28,192 nt of DNA. It comes from Gammaproteobacteria bacterium. Lineage in GTDB: Bacteria; Pseudomonadota; Gammaproteobacteria; GCA-002705445; GCA-002716945. Of the stretch, positions 19,889 through 27,819 are shown in pieces; within the stretch, counting starts at the first letter, position 1; the number at the start of each line of letters is the position of its first letter. The translations under genes were made by a program, and so were the position numbers. The notes under the pieces are model-generated. The model saw only the letters and a program-made list of their open reading frames with translations. It was not told the DNA's origin and did not search any database. Where the stretch lies: NCBI GenBank assembly GCA_045561295.1, contig JBJKYD010000007.1:1-28192 (forward strand). The letters run 5' to 3'.

Positions 19889-20971
19889 TTAATATTTACT
19901 TAGTTGCCATAGGCTTGCACTGCCACTTGAATTAATTAAGAATATTTCACCTTTACTATTGATTTCTATATCTCTTATTCTTCCAATGTCATCTTCAAAT
20001 ACGATATGCTCTTTTTTCACATCATTATTTTCAAATTCCAACCTATAAAGAGTTCTAAATTTTAATGATGTTATTAATACATCTCCATTCCATTCAGAAA
20101 AATCATCTCCTTTGTATATAGCGATATTACTAACTGCAATGGAAGGCGTCCAAGTCCATATTGGTTTTGTGAATCCTGGTTCCCATGCATTTCCATTTCC
20201 TATCTTCGTACCAATATAATTTTTTCCTCCCCATCCAATAATTTTCCAACCATAATTTTCTCCAAATTTTACTTCACCAAAAAAATCACCCCCTTTTGCT
20301 CCATGGTTTGATATATATACTTTCTTATCAAATGGCGAAAGATACATTCCTTGAGGATTTCTCACACCAATTTGATAGACCTCTGGAAGCCACGTAGGTT
20401 TATCTACAAATTTTGGATTATCTTCAGGTATTGATCCATCTAAGTTAATTCTTATAATACTTCCTGGATGGTTAGTTATATCTTGCGCAATCATTCCTTT
20501 GCCTCGTTCACCCACTGATGCAAAAAGATGTTTATCTTTTATAACAATCCGAGAGCCAAAATGGTATCCGCTGCTAATAGGCGGTTCTGCTTGAAATATG
20601 TTTTGAAAGTCTATTTTCTTTTCGTTATATAACCCTCTAGCAATAGAAGTAGATGAATTTCCATTCTCTCTATCCTCAGAATAGCTTACATATACATAAC
20701 CATCTCTATAGAGAATATCTAAGAGACCCCCTTGTCCATAGTAATAAAAATCAAGATTATGTTCGATGATATATTTATTACCATTATTCATATCAATGCG
20801 GACTATATCACCGGTTTTCTCTGTTACAAGTAGAGTCTCATCATCAACAAAAGACATTCCCCATGGCTCGCTAAGGTCACTAGTAATCTCTAAAACCTTG
20901 AACTTTTCGTTTGAGGAAACACCTGTACTAAAATATATGAGAGATAAGAAAACAAATATCGATCTAATCAT
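19889..20971 (-). CDS. PQQ-dependent (soluble aldose) sugar dehydrogenase, YliI/GSDH family
   Basis: PWGMSF, GQGGLLDI, HFGSRI, GERG, GVRNPQG, GENYGW, GRIRDI; signal peptide from M at 20971 (track 20980). Confidence 0.92.
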   Translation of the reverse strand: MIRSIFVFLSLIYFSTGVSSNEKFKVLEITSDLSEPWGMSFVDDETLLVTEKTGDIVRIDMNNGNKYIIEHNLDFYYYGQGGLLDILYRDGYVYVSYSEDRENGNSSTSIARGLYNEKKIDFQNIFQAEPPISSGYHFGSRIVIKDKHLFASVGERGKGMIAQDITNHPGSIIRINLDGSIPEDNPKFVDKPTWLPEVYQIGVRNPQGMYLSPFDKKVYISNHGAKGGDFFGEVKFGENYGWKIIGWGGKNYIGTKIGNGNAWEPGFTKPIWTWTPSIAVSNIAIYKGDDFSEWNGDVLITSLKFRTLYRLEFENNDVKKEHIVFEDDIGRIRDIEINSKGEIFLINSSGSASLWQLSKY

Positions 20972-21004
20972 AAATGTCATTATACAGCACGAATAATATT
21001 ATTT

Positions 21005-21016
21005 CCTCCCCGCCCG
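21005..21016 (+). repeat. att core, left copy (CCTCCCCGCCCG)
   Basis: Identical to 27678-27689; 11 of 12 bases G/C in an AT-rich background. Confidence 0.8.
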
Positions 21017-21135
21017 AACAGTAACATATATCTTATATAGAGCTATATGAGTTTATGAATAATTATAAGCTATTTAATTATAAAGAATTATTGGTCTATG
21101 TACTTCATAGTGAAACTACCCAAGCATCGAGGTAT

Positions 21136-21157
21136 TGGGGGTTAATTTGGGGGTTAA
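21136..21157 (+). repeat. Integrase arm-type site pair TGGGGGTTAA x2 (12-bp period)
   Basis: Copies at 21136-21145 and 21148-21157, 15 nt before the integrase ATG. Confidence 0.75.
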
Positions 21158-21172
21158 AATTTTAGAGCAGTA

Positions 21173-21607
21173 ATGTCAGAAAGATTAACAGATACAAGAG
21201 TAAAGAATCTTAAGCCTAAAGCAGAGAGATATAAGATATGGGATAGTTCTAGCAGAGGATTATTTCTTCTTATTTTACCTAGCGGAACTAAATCATGGTG
21301 TTTAAAATATCGTATCAATCGAAAAGAAAAGAGATTAGTTATAGGCAAATATCCCAATGTATCTATTAAACATGCAAGAGAGATTTGTTTTAAGGAACAG
21401 AACAGGATTGCAGAGGGCATAGATGTTTCAAAAGAAAGGAAACTAGATAAACAAAGATTTAAAGATGAAGATTATAAATCATTCAAAGATATCTCATTGG
21501 CTTATGAGACGAGAAAAGCAAGAGAGAAAATTTGGAATGTAAAAAAAAGTAAGTTATCGAAATCACTATCAGTCGATGTTATAAATAAACATGCAAGTAA
21601 TAAATAA
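21173..21607 (+). pseudogene. Truncated P4-like tyrosine integrase (arm-binding DUF4102-type domain only)
   Basis: LTDTRVKNLKP...YKIWD...GLFLLILPSGTKSW..KYR...IGKYPNVSIKHARE N-domain; stops at 144 aa with no catalytic R-K-H-R-H-Y domain. Confidence 0.85.
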
Positions 21608-22081
21608 TTATTTCTTCTTTTTAGGTTCTGATGTATCTAAATGTTTTATAATTTTCATCATAGTTTCATTATTTTTTATCATAGCAGTATGAGATTTAAC
21701 CAACCACTCTTCAGATTTGGCAATTGACTTTAACATTTTCATCATACCTTGGTTTTGAGCAGTGATTATAGGAGAAATTTTCCCCATAATATCTTTTGTT
21801 TGAGTATCTAGCCCTGTTTCCATGCTTTCTGTCAGAACCGCAGCATATACAGAAAGCTCTGCTAAAGGCGGTATTGTATTAGAATTTTTTTCAACAGCTT
21901 CTGCAAGTTTACTCATACCTTCAGCAAGATAGTTTATCTGTTTCTGCATATCCCTTTCGCGTTTAGCATAATCAAATTTTCTTGCTGCCTCTTTAGCAGC
22001 CCTAGATGAGGCATCTGAAGCACTAATGCATTTATTTTTTTTACTGATAGAAGCGCCAGTTCTAATTAACCATCTCAACAT
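21608..22081 (-). CDS. Hypothetical Met-rich helical/coiled-coil protein
   Basis: 157 aa, strong AGGAGG SD 7 nt upstream; no recognisable motif. Confidence 0.7.
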   Translation of the reverse strand: MLRWLIRTGASISKKNKCISASDASSRAAKEAARKFDYAKRERDMQKQINYLAEGMSKLAEAVEKNSNTIPPLAELSVYAAVLTESMETGLDTQTKDIMGKISPIITAQNQGMMKMLKSIAKSEEWLVKSHTAMIKNNETMMKIIKHLDTSEPKKKK

Positions 22082-22212
22082 AATGTTTCCTCCTAATTAA
22101 ATATTTATATATAAAATATTGTCCCACTGACATTGTGGACTTTAAAACTTATTAATAGATTAGATTATTATTTCACGAAAATTTCATTATAGATATATCT
22201 AAGAAATATTAG

Positions 22213-22572
22213 TTATAGGAATTTTTTAATAAAAAAGTGATATGCTGCTACAATTTCTGCATCATGTTCTCTTTCCATTCCCTTGATTGAATAATCTTTG
22301 ACTTTACCTTTAGTGCTTCCTTGACCTAAGCTTGAGCTAGAACCTACCCTAACCACTCCATCTTTGACATTTCCAATAGGTTTTCCTTGTCCAAGACTTG
22401 AACTAGAACCTTCTCTTATAATTCCATCTTTGACATTACCAACAGGTTTCCCTTGTCCAGGGCTTGAACTAGAGCCTTCTTTTAAAATTCCATTCTTTAT
22501 GTTACCCACAGGCTTGCCTTGACCTACCGACGTTGAGCCTTCTCTAATGATACCATTTTTAAAATTTGCCAT
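22213..22572 (-). CDS. Four-repeat beta-hairpin protein (beta-flower-like)
   Basis: ~22-aa repeat KxGIIREGSSSSxGQGKPxGNV x4 plus hydrophobic C-terminal helix (AEIVAAYHFF); GAGG SD. Confidence 0.7.
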   Translation of the reverse strand: MANFKNGIIREGSTSVGQGKPVGNIKNGILKEGSSSSPGQGKPVGNVKDGIIREGSSSSLGQGKPIGNVKDGVVRVGSSSSLGQGSTKGKVKDYSIKGMEREHDAEIVAAYHFFIKKFL

Positions 22573-22688
22573 ATTTAGTTCCTCGATCTTAAAATTTTTC
22601 GTTACAACTTAATTGTAATCATTTAGTATTAAAAAACCATACAAAATTTGCATTAATATAAGCAGCCACTAATATAAGTAGTTTTTAT

Positions 22689-22880
22689 ATGAAACATAAA
22701 AGAGAATTAACTTGGCCCGAGCTTTCAGCTGAAATAAATAAGCTTGTATCCGAAGGCATTCCCTATGAAATTATCAAAAAAAAGCTAAATGTTGATATTT
22801 CTATTATATGGGAGGCTACAGGAGAAAAAGATTTAATTGATTTTTGTGACGAAGATGAATCAGTTACTTCAAATGAATAA
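22689..22880 (+). CDS. Small HTH-like protein with acidic tail
   Basis: 63 aa; 'LVSEGIPYEIIKKKLNVDISIIWEA' resembles an HTH; acidic C-terminus. Confidence 0.5.
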   Translation: MKHKRELTWPELSAEINKLVSEGIPYEIIKKKLNVDISIIWEATGEKDLIDFCDEDESVTSNE

Positions 22881-22951
22881 ATATAGTACTGTGCTTATTA
22901 CTGTAGTTATAATCATTTAGAACACAATAATTAATAAACTGGAGAATAATT

Positions 22952-23749
22952 ATAAATATAAACAAATTTAAAAAAATATTATTACCATATAGTGGAAGTG
23001 AAAAAACGAAATTTCTCCGAGATTTAAAATCATACGTATATGTTTATTGTGAGATTGATGAAGAAAGCCGGAGGCTACCAATATATGTGGGCAGAGGCAA
23101 GGGGGACAGACTTTTTGCTCATTTAAAGAATATTAACGAACCCCTAACTGATAAAAGCAGAAAAATAAATAATCTTTTAAAAGAGAATAGACTAGGGATT
23201 GATATATTGGCACACAGTCTTTCTGAGAAAGAATCTGCAAACATTGAGTCAGCATGTATCGATCTAATGGGACTAGAGAACCTTGAGAACCTTGTTAAAG
23301 GGAAAGGTAATAATGTGAGAAGAATACCCCTTAATGAATTAGCACACACACTGGTAGATAAAAAAATTAAAGTTAAATCACAGCACCGCGGCATCGCTAT
23401 ATTATTAAGTCAATATAAACCATATTTTGGCTACAAAGAATTATTCGAAATTACAAGAGGAGTTTGGAATAAGAAGATGAAGACCGCATGTGAAAAACGT
23501 GAAGCAAAACTTGCTTATGCAACTTTTAACGGAGTCGTAAAGGATGTTTATACAATTTATAGTTGGGTTCCTGCAGGCACTCAAGCATACTTTACTAGAC
23601 CAGACATACAATCCTCAGAAAGAATAAAAAAATTCCGATGGGAATTTGTTGGAACTAGAGCGCCAGAAGAAATTCGTGATAAATACATTGGAAAAATAAT
23701 CGAGAAAGAAAGGAGCTATGGAGACCCATATGTATTTGTAGGTTATTAA
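22952..23749 (+). CDS. LEM-3-like GIY-YIG nuclease
   Basis: Frame is open from 22931; SYVYVY...PIYVGRGKGDRLFAH, 'ANIESACIDL', 'LENLVKG', 'FEITRGVW'; GGAGA SD then ATA at 22952 (track start GTG 23087 cuts the motif). Confidence 0.75.
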   Translation: MNINKFKKILLPYSGSEKTKFLRDLKSYVYVYCEIDEESRRLPIYVGRGKGDRLFAHLKNINEPLTDKSRKINNLLKENRLGIDILAHSLSEKESANIESACIDLMGLENLENLVKGKGNNVRRIPLNELAHTLVDKKIKVKSQHRGIAILLSQYKPYFGYKELFEITRGVWNKKMKTACEKREAKLAYATFNGVVKDVYTIYSWVPAGTQAYFTRPDIQSSERIKKFRWEFVGTRAPEEIRDKYIGKIIEKERSYGDPYVFVGY

Positions 23750-23897
23750 TAAAAAATAAAAGATAATTATTATGGATATTGGGGTAGAATGAAATTGTTG
23801 CTGGTTATAAAAAGAGATATAAAAATCTATTTATAGTCACTTAATAAATATACTAAAAAATATAGATTAAACACTTAATTTTATTCGGGAGTATGAT

Positions 23898-25910
23898 ATG
23901 ACAAGAAAAATAGGAGTCATTGATGAACCAATCAGTGAGTCTAGTAAAGATAACCTAGATCTTAGTATTCATGCTAACTCTCTAATAAAATACATAGAAG
24001 AGACTGACACCCCAATTACCATAGGTATTCAAGGAGAATGGGGTAGCGGTAAAACCTCCCTGATTAATTCAATAAAGCATGTTTTGAGCGAGAAAACTAT
24101 CTACAGGCAAATTTGGATTAACTCATGGGAATATTCTTTGTTATCTACCCCTGAGGAATCTTTGATGAAAATTGTTTCTAAAATAATTTCAGAATTATTA
24201 GGAGATGATAAAGAAATAAGTATGAAAGACTCACTCGGCGGAGCAGCGAAAGCAGTTTTTCAAGGTGCATTAAGAATAGGTGCCGGAGCTGTAGGAGGTA
24301 TGCAAGGAGCAGAAGTTGCAAAGGAGCTACTTGATACGAAGGCTAAAGGTATTTCAGATTTAAGGAAAGAACTCTCTAAATTGGTAAACGAAATTAAAAA
24401 AAGTCAAAATCAACCATTTGAAAAAATAATAATTTATGTTGATGACTTAGATAGAATTGAACCCAAAAATGCTGTCAGTATTTTGGAATTGTTAAAAAAT
24501 ATTTTTAATGTTGAACACTGTGTGTTCATACTTGCAATAGATTATCAAGTTGTCGTAAAGGGACTAGAACATAAATTTGGAAAACAAACTGCAGAAAACG
24601 AATGGGAGTTTCGAGCGTTTTTTGATAAAATCATACAACTTCCGTTTATGATGCCAATGGGCCAATATAATATTGGGAAATATGTTAATAAATTATTAAT
24701 TGATATTGGTTTTGTAGAAGGTGAAGGTCTAGATACCTCAGCAATAAGAGAAATTATAGTGCGTACAGTTGGTGGAAATCCTCGTGCGATTAAAAGATTA
24801 GTTAATTCTGTCTCTCTAATACAAATATTTTCTGAAACAAAAGCTGAGGCTGATGAGGATGAACCTGATAGAGATGATATAGATAAAGAAGTAACGGAGG
24901 AACAAAAGAAATTTTTGTTATTTTCTTTATTATGTCTTCAAATTGCATATCCTCACATTTATACACTATTGACCGAAAAACCTAATTTTACCCAATGGGA
25001 CGATTCTTTTGCTAACTCAGAGACAATGAAAAAAGAACAGAATAAGGATGAGTATCCTCAATTTGAAGAGGAATTTAATAATGCAAAAGAAACTGACGAC
25101 TTTAATGAAGTATGGGAACATACTTTATATAGAATATGTTATGTGAGGCCTAGACTAAGAGCGAGAGTTATTGATATTTCAAGATTCTTTAGTTACATCA
25201 AAGATGAATTACTAAATGGCAATGAAGATTTAGTTGGAGCATTAGTAATTGATACTCTTGAAAATACATCCGTTACGAGTGTAACCAGCACAGATAAGCA
25301 ACAAATAGTTATTCCTGAGAGAACAGGAGCTTATAAAAGGAGAATGCTAGATAGTTTTGATACATATATTGAGAAAGAAAAAATAGAAAATGGACACAGA
25401 CCGGGTGTTGTTGAACTGATGGATTTGATAGAAAAAATTCATATAGATGTAAGTGTGTTACCAGATGTATTATGGAAGTATGCAGGAGGCGTTACTGGAT
25501 ATATAAATAAACATAAATTTATTACTCTCTATAATGGAGGCAAAAAAGATGGACTTCAGATGCGGCTGTTGCGGCATCTAGATGATGACTATAAAATACC
25601 CAAATTAGAACACTTTGAAACTTCATCCATAAGAGAATATCAAGTAGGTAAGCCCTCGACTGATTTTGAATCTTATAATTATAATATTAAATTACGTACG
25701 TTAGAAGGATATGAAAAAGACAAAGAAATTATATTGAGTTTAATTAAAAAATCTATAGATATGTGTGTAAACCACTATTCAGATAAACTTAGTATAAACT
25801 CTAAAAAGCCACAAGCTACCTGTAAAGGCATTAGTATCAAACAACGAGGGAAAGTTGAAGAGATGGCTCTTAAATATTTAAATAATGAATACACGTATGA
25901 TGTTAAATAA
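23898..25910 (+). CDS. KAP-family P-loop NTPase with unknown C-terminal domain
   Basis: ITIGIQGEWGSGKTS Walker A, INSWEY, IIIYVDDLDRI Walker B, FFDKIIQLPFMMP, NPRAIKRLVN; GGGAG SD. Confidence 0.92.
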   Translation: MTRKIGVIDEPISESSKDNLDLSIHANSLIKYIEETDTPITIGIQGEWGSGKTSLINSIKHVLSEKTIYRQIWINSWEYSLLSTPEESLMKIVSKIISELLGDDKEISMKDSLGGAAKAVFQGALRIGAGAVGGMQGAEVAKELLDTKAKGISDLRKELSKLVNEIKKSQNQPFEKIIIYVDDLDRIEPKNAVSILELLKNIFNVEHCVFILAIDYQVVVKGLEHKFGKQTAENEWEFRAFFDKIIQLPFMMPMGQYNIGKYVNKLLIDIGFVEGEGLDTSAIREIIVRTVGGNPRAIKRLVNSVSLIQIFSETKAEADEDEPDRDDIDKEVTEEQKKFLLFSLLCLQIAYPHIYTLLTEKPNFTQWDDSFANSETMKKEQNKDEYPQFEEEFNNAKETDDFNEVWEHTLYRICYVRPRLRARVIDISRFFSYIKDELLNGNEDLVGALVIDTLENTSVTSVTSTDKQQIVIPERTGAYKRRMLDSFDTYIEKEKIENGHRPGVVELMDLIEKIHIDVSVLPDVLWKYAGGVTGYINKHKFITLYNGGKKDGLQMRLLRHLDDDYKIPKLEHFETSSIREYQVGKPSTDFESYNYNIKLRTLEGYEKDKEIILSLIKKSIDMCVNHYSDKLSINSKKPQATCKGISIKQRGKVEEMALKYLNNEYTYDVK

Positions 25911-26002
25911 TGTTTAGAAATATGATAAAAAATGATTTCCAATAATAAAAAATTCTAGTGGTTTTGTAATCAGATCAGATGACCATGCCTTGAGGAAGTT
26001 TC

Positions 26003-27538
26003 CTATTCATAAAACGTTAATAATTTTTCATGAATTTTAACCATGGCTAATGTATCTAACTCACAGTATTTTGTGAGGTCTTTCCGTATTTTTTTGATTC
26101 TATTGTCGTCACTAATATTTGCTAAGCTGGCAAATGATTGCATAGCAGTAGAACCATCTTTTATATTTAGTTTTTCATAATTTTTTGCCATTTCCGGAAC
26201 AAGTAATGGTAATAAAATCTTAATGCTATACTTCCCTTTCATTTGAGGATGGTAGTAATAATTTTTTCTAAATGGCTCCGCTAGATCAACCACATTTTTA
26301 ATAATATTTTCTAAATGTTCTTTATATTTTGGAAATTGCCTAGCAAGTTCTTTTAAAATAGATTTCTCAAAACTTGCATTAAAAGCAAGTACTGTTACAT
26401 CATGAGGAATATCAGAAATAAGTTTTGTAACGAGAGTTTCTCTTGGATCATAATCAGGTTGAGCTAAAAATTCCTTATGTTCAAGCTTGGATGAGTTTTG
26501 TCTGATGTGCAAGGAATACTGAAAAGGTATTTGCTGAAATGGTTTGATACCTATAAATTGTGGTAACGCTTGCTGGAATGTCTCAAAATCAAAATAATAA
26601 TAAGGATAATTAAAAGACTGCAAAAATGCTTTAATCAAACCCTTATCTATAACGACTTTATTGGTTTTAGCTAGATCGACTTGTTTTTTTTGAGCGTGAG
26701 TAAGTTTCTCTGACTTAGGTATATCTTTTATATTTATAATACCTTTTTGATAAAACTCTAGTGCTTTAGATTTTTTTGTTAAAGGAAATATACTAAAAAC
26801 AGAATATTCTGGAATATTTCTTTGTTGTGTCCAACAATAATCATAACCAAAGCATGTATTTGGATGCTTGCAGTGCCATCCAATATCAATCTTTGGTTCA
26901 GTTCCTTTTATTCTTAGTATCGATTGAAAATACTTTAATGTTTGTGGAATTTTATTTTGTAAAGCTTTAACTTCTTTCGTAACATCTTTATGAACATACA
27001 GCTTATTCAGATCTTCTTTTTCCTTTCGAATATATTCTCCATTTAATAATGTTATAGATGCCTTAGATATTTCGAGACCATAACCATTTAGTACATAATA
27101 TTGAATTGAAATATCTTTGATATAATTATCAATATCCTTTAAATTCTTCTTTGAATTCCAGGTAGAGCTTTTAACCTCATAAATTTCAAAATTTCCATCA
27201 TTATCTAAATTCAAAATATCAACCATTACAAGGACACCATCATATTCAAAGGTGGCTTCATAGATAGTTTTAGCTCCATCAGCAATATACTTTTTAGTTA
27301 GAGCTATTCGCTCACTATGAGGAATAGCTGCATTATATTTTATTTGTTTACCTCCAGGAAATAGTTTGCATGCTTCTTCGCCAACTTTGTCTCCAGTTGA
27401 AAAAATAGCCTCTAAGTTAGAGTCAGGTTTTTGTAGCTTTTCTTTTCCATACAATTTCAGCCATAAATATTTTTGACACTGAAGCCCGTTTAGGTATAAC
27501 GATTTTGATAAAGATATTTTTTTATTATTTTCAGTCAT
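26003..27538 (-). CDS. DUF2779-domain protein: Cas4/RecB-like PD-(D/E)xK nuclease fused to a DEDD-like exonuclease
   Basis: LSKS..GLQCQK, VDIL..EVKSST, QYYVL, CKHPNTCFGYDYC; YFDFET, QIPFQYSLH, FNASFE, YSIK, YCELDT. Confidence 0.85.
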   Translation of the reverse strand: MTENNKKISLSKSLYLNGLQCQKYLWLKLYGKEKLQKPDSNLEAIFSTGDKVGEEACKLFPGGKQIKYNAAIPHSERIALTKKYIADGAKTIYEATFEYDGVLVMVDILNLDNDGNFEIYEVKSSTWNSKKNLKDIDNYIKDISIQYYVLNGYGLEISKASITLLNGEYIRKEKEDLNKLYVHKDVTKEVKALQNKIPQTLKYFQSILRIKGTEPKIDIGWHCKHPNTCFGYDYCWTQQRNIPEYSVFSIFPLTKKSKALEFYQKGIINIKDIPKSEKLTHAQKKQVDLAKTNKVVIDKGLIKAFLQSFNYPYYYFDFETFQQALPQFIGIKPFQQIPFQYSLHIRQNSSKLEHKEFLAQPDYDPRETLVTKLISDIPHDVTVLAFNASFEKSILKELARQFPKYKEHLENIIKNVVDLAEPFRKNYYYHPQMKGKYSIKILLPLLVPEMAKNYEKLNIKDGSTAMQSFASLANISDDNRIKKIRKDLTKYCELDTLAMVKIHEKLLTFYE

Positions 27539-27570
27539 TATTATATCTTAACCTATATGGTTCAATTTTT

Positions 27571-27587
27571 TATTCGAGAATCGAATA
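27571..27587. promoter_or_regulatory. Inverted repeat TATTCGA-gaa-TCGAATA upstream of the DUF2779 gene
   Basis: Perfect 7-bp arms, 3-nt spacer, ~33 nt upstream of the ATG. Confidence 0.3.
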
Positions 27588-27600
27588 GTTTTAATTTGGT

Positions 27601-27622
27601 TAGGGGTTAAAATGGGGGTTAA
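27601..27622 (+). repeat. Integrase arm-type site pair T(A/G)GGGGTTAA x2 (12-bp period)
   Basis: Copies at 27601-27610 and 27613-27622, same orientation as the left pair, 55 nt before the right core. Confidence 0.75.
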
Positions 27623-27677
27623 AACTTTACTAACAGACAAGATTTGTTTTAAACATTAATGTTATTAACTATTGACA

Positions 27678-27689
27678 CCTCCCCGCCCG
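27678..27689 (+). repeat. att core, right copy (CCTCCCCGCCCG)
   Basis: Identical to 21005-21016. Confidence 0.8.
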
Positions 27690-27791
27690 CTGAGGGAAAT
27701 AATGAACTATATTATTCATCACTGCTAAGCGTTTAATAAACATAGATTTAATAAATATTAGATTTTCATAGATTAAGCTATTTTTATTCTG

Positions 27792-27814
27792 ATTGGAGGC
27801 TTCATTGGGGGCTT
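27792..27814 (+). repeat. Variant arm-type pair ATTGG(A/G)GGCTT x2 (12-bp period)
   Basis: Copies at 27792-27802 and 27804-27814, ~100 nt right of the second core. Confidence 0.55.
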
Positions 27815-27819
27815 GGAAA

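Larger units (their letters stand above)
21005..27689. mobile_element. Integrative genomic island (P4-like integrase family), integrase truncated
   Basis: 12-bp direct repeats at both ends, paired arm-type repeats inside both ends, integrase remnant at left end, accessory cargo. Confidence 0.8.

Noticed and set aside
22121-22145. GTCCCAC...GTGGAC hairpin as a terminator
   Set aside because: Short bulged stem and no good U-tract on the minus strand where one would be needed.
22310-22565. ~66-nt tandem repeats as a possible CRISPR array, given the Cas4-like gene nearby
   Set aside because: No unique spacers; repeats are in-frame and diverge at synonymous positions, so they are coding repeats.
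485-23394. Short nested or antisense ORFs in the track (485, 3347, 3781, 3788, 4512, 5549, 11268, 11605, 12663, 17451, 18308, 18851, 20766, 21154, 23119)
   Set aside because: All overlap well-supported genes in another frame or strand and show no family motifs.
23777-23790. TATTGGGGTAGAAT resembling an arm site
   Set aside because: Single degenerate copy with no 12-bp partner or core.
25881-25908. TGATGTTAAAT resembling the XerD arm of a dif site
   Set aside because: Inside the KAP coding sequence and the XerC half does not match.
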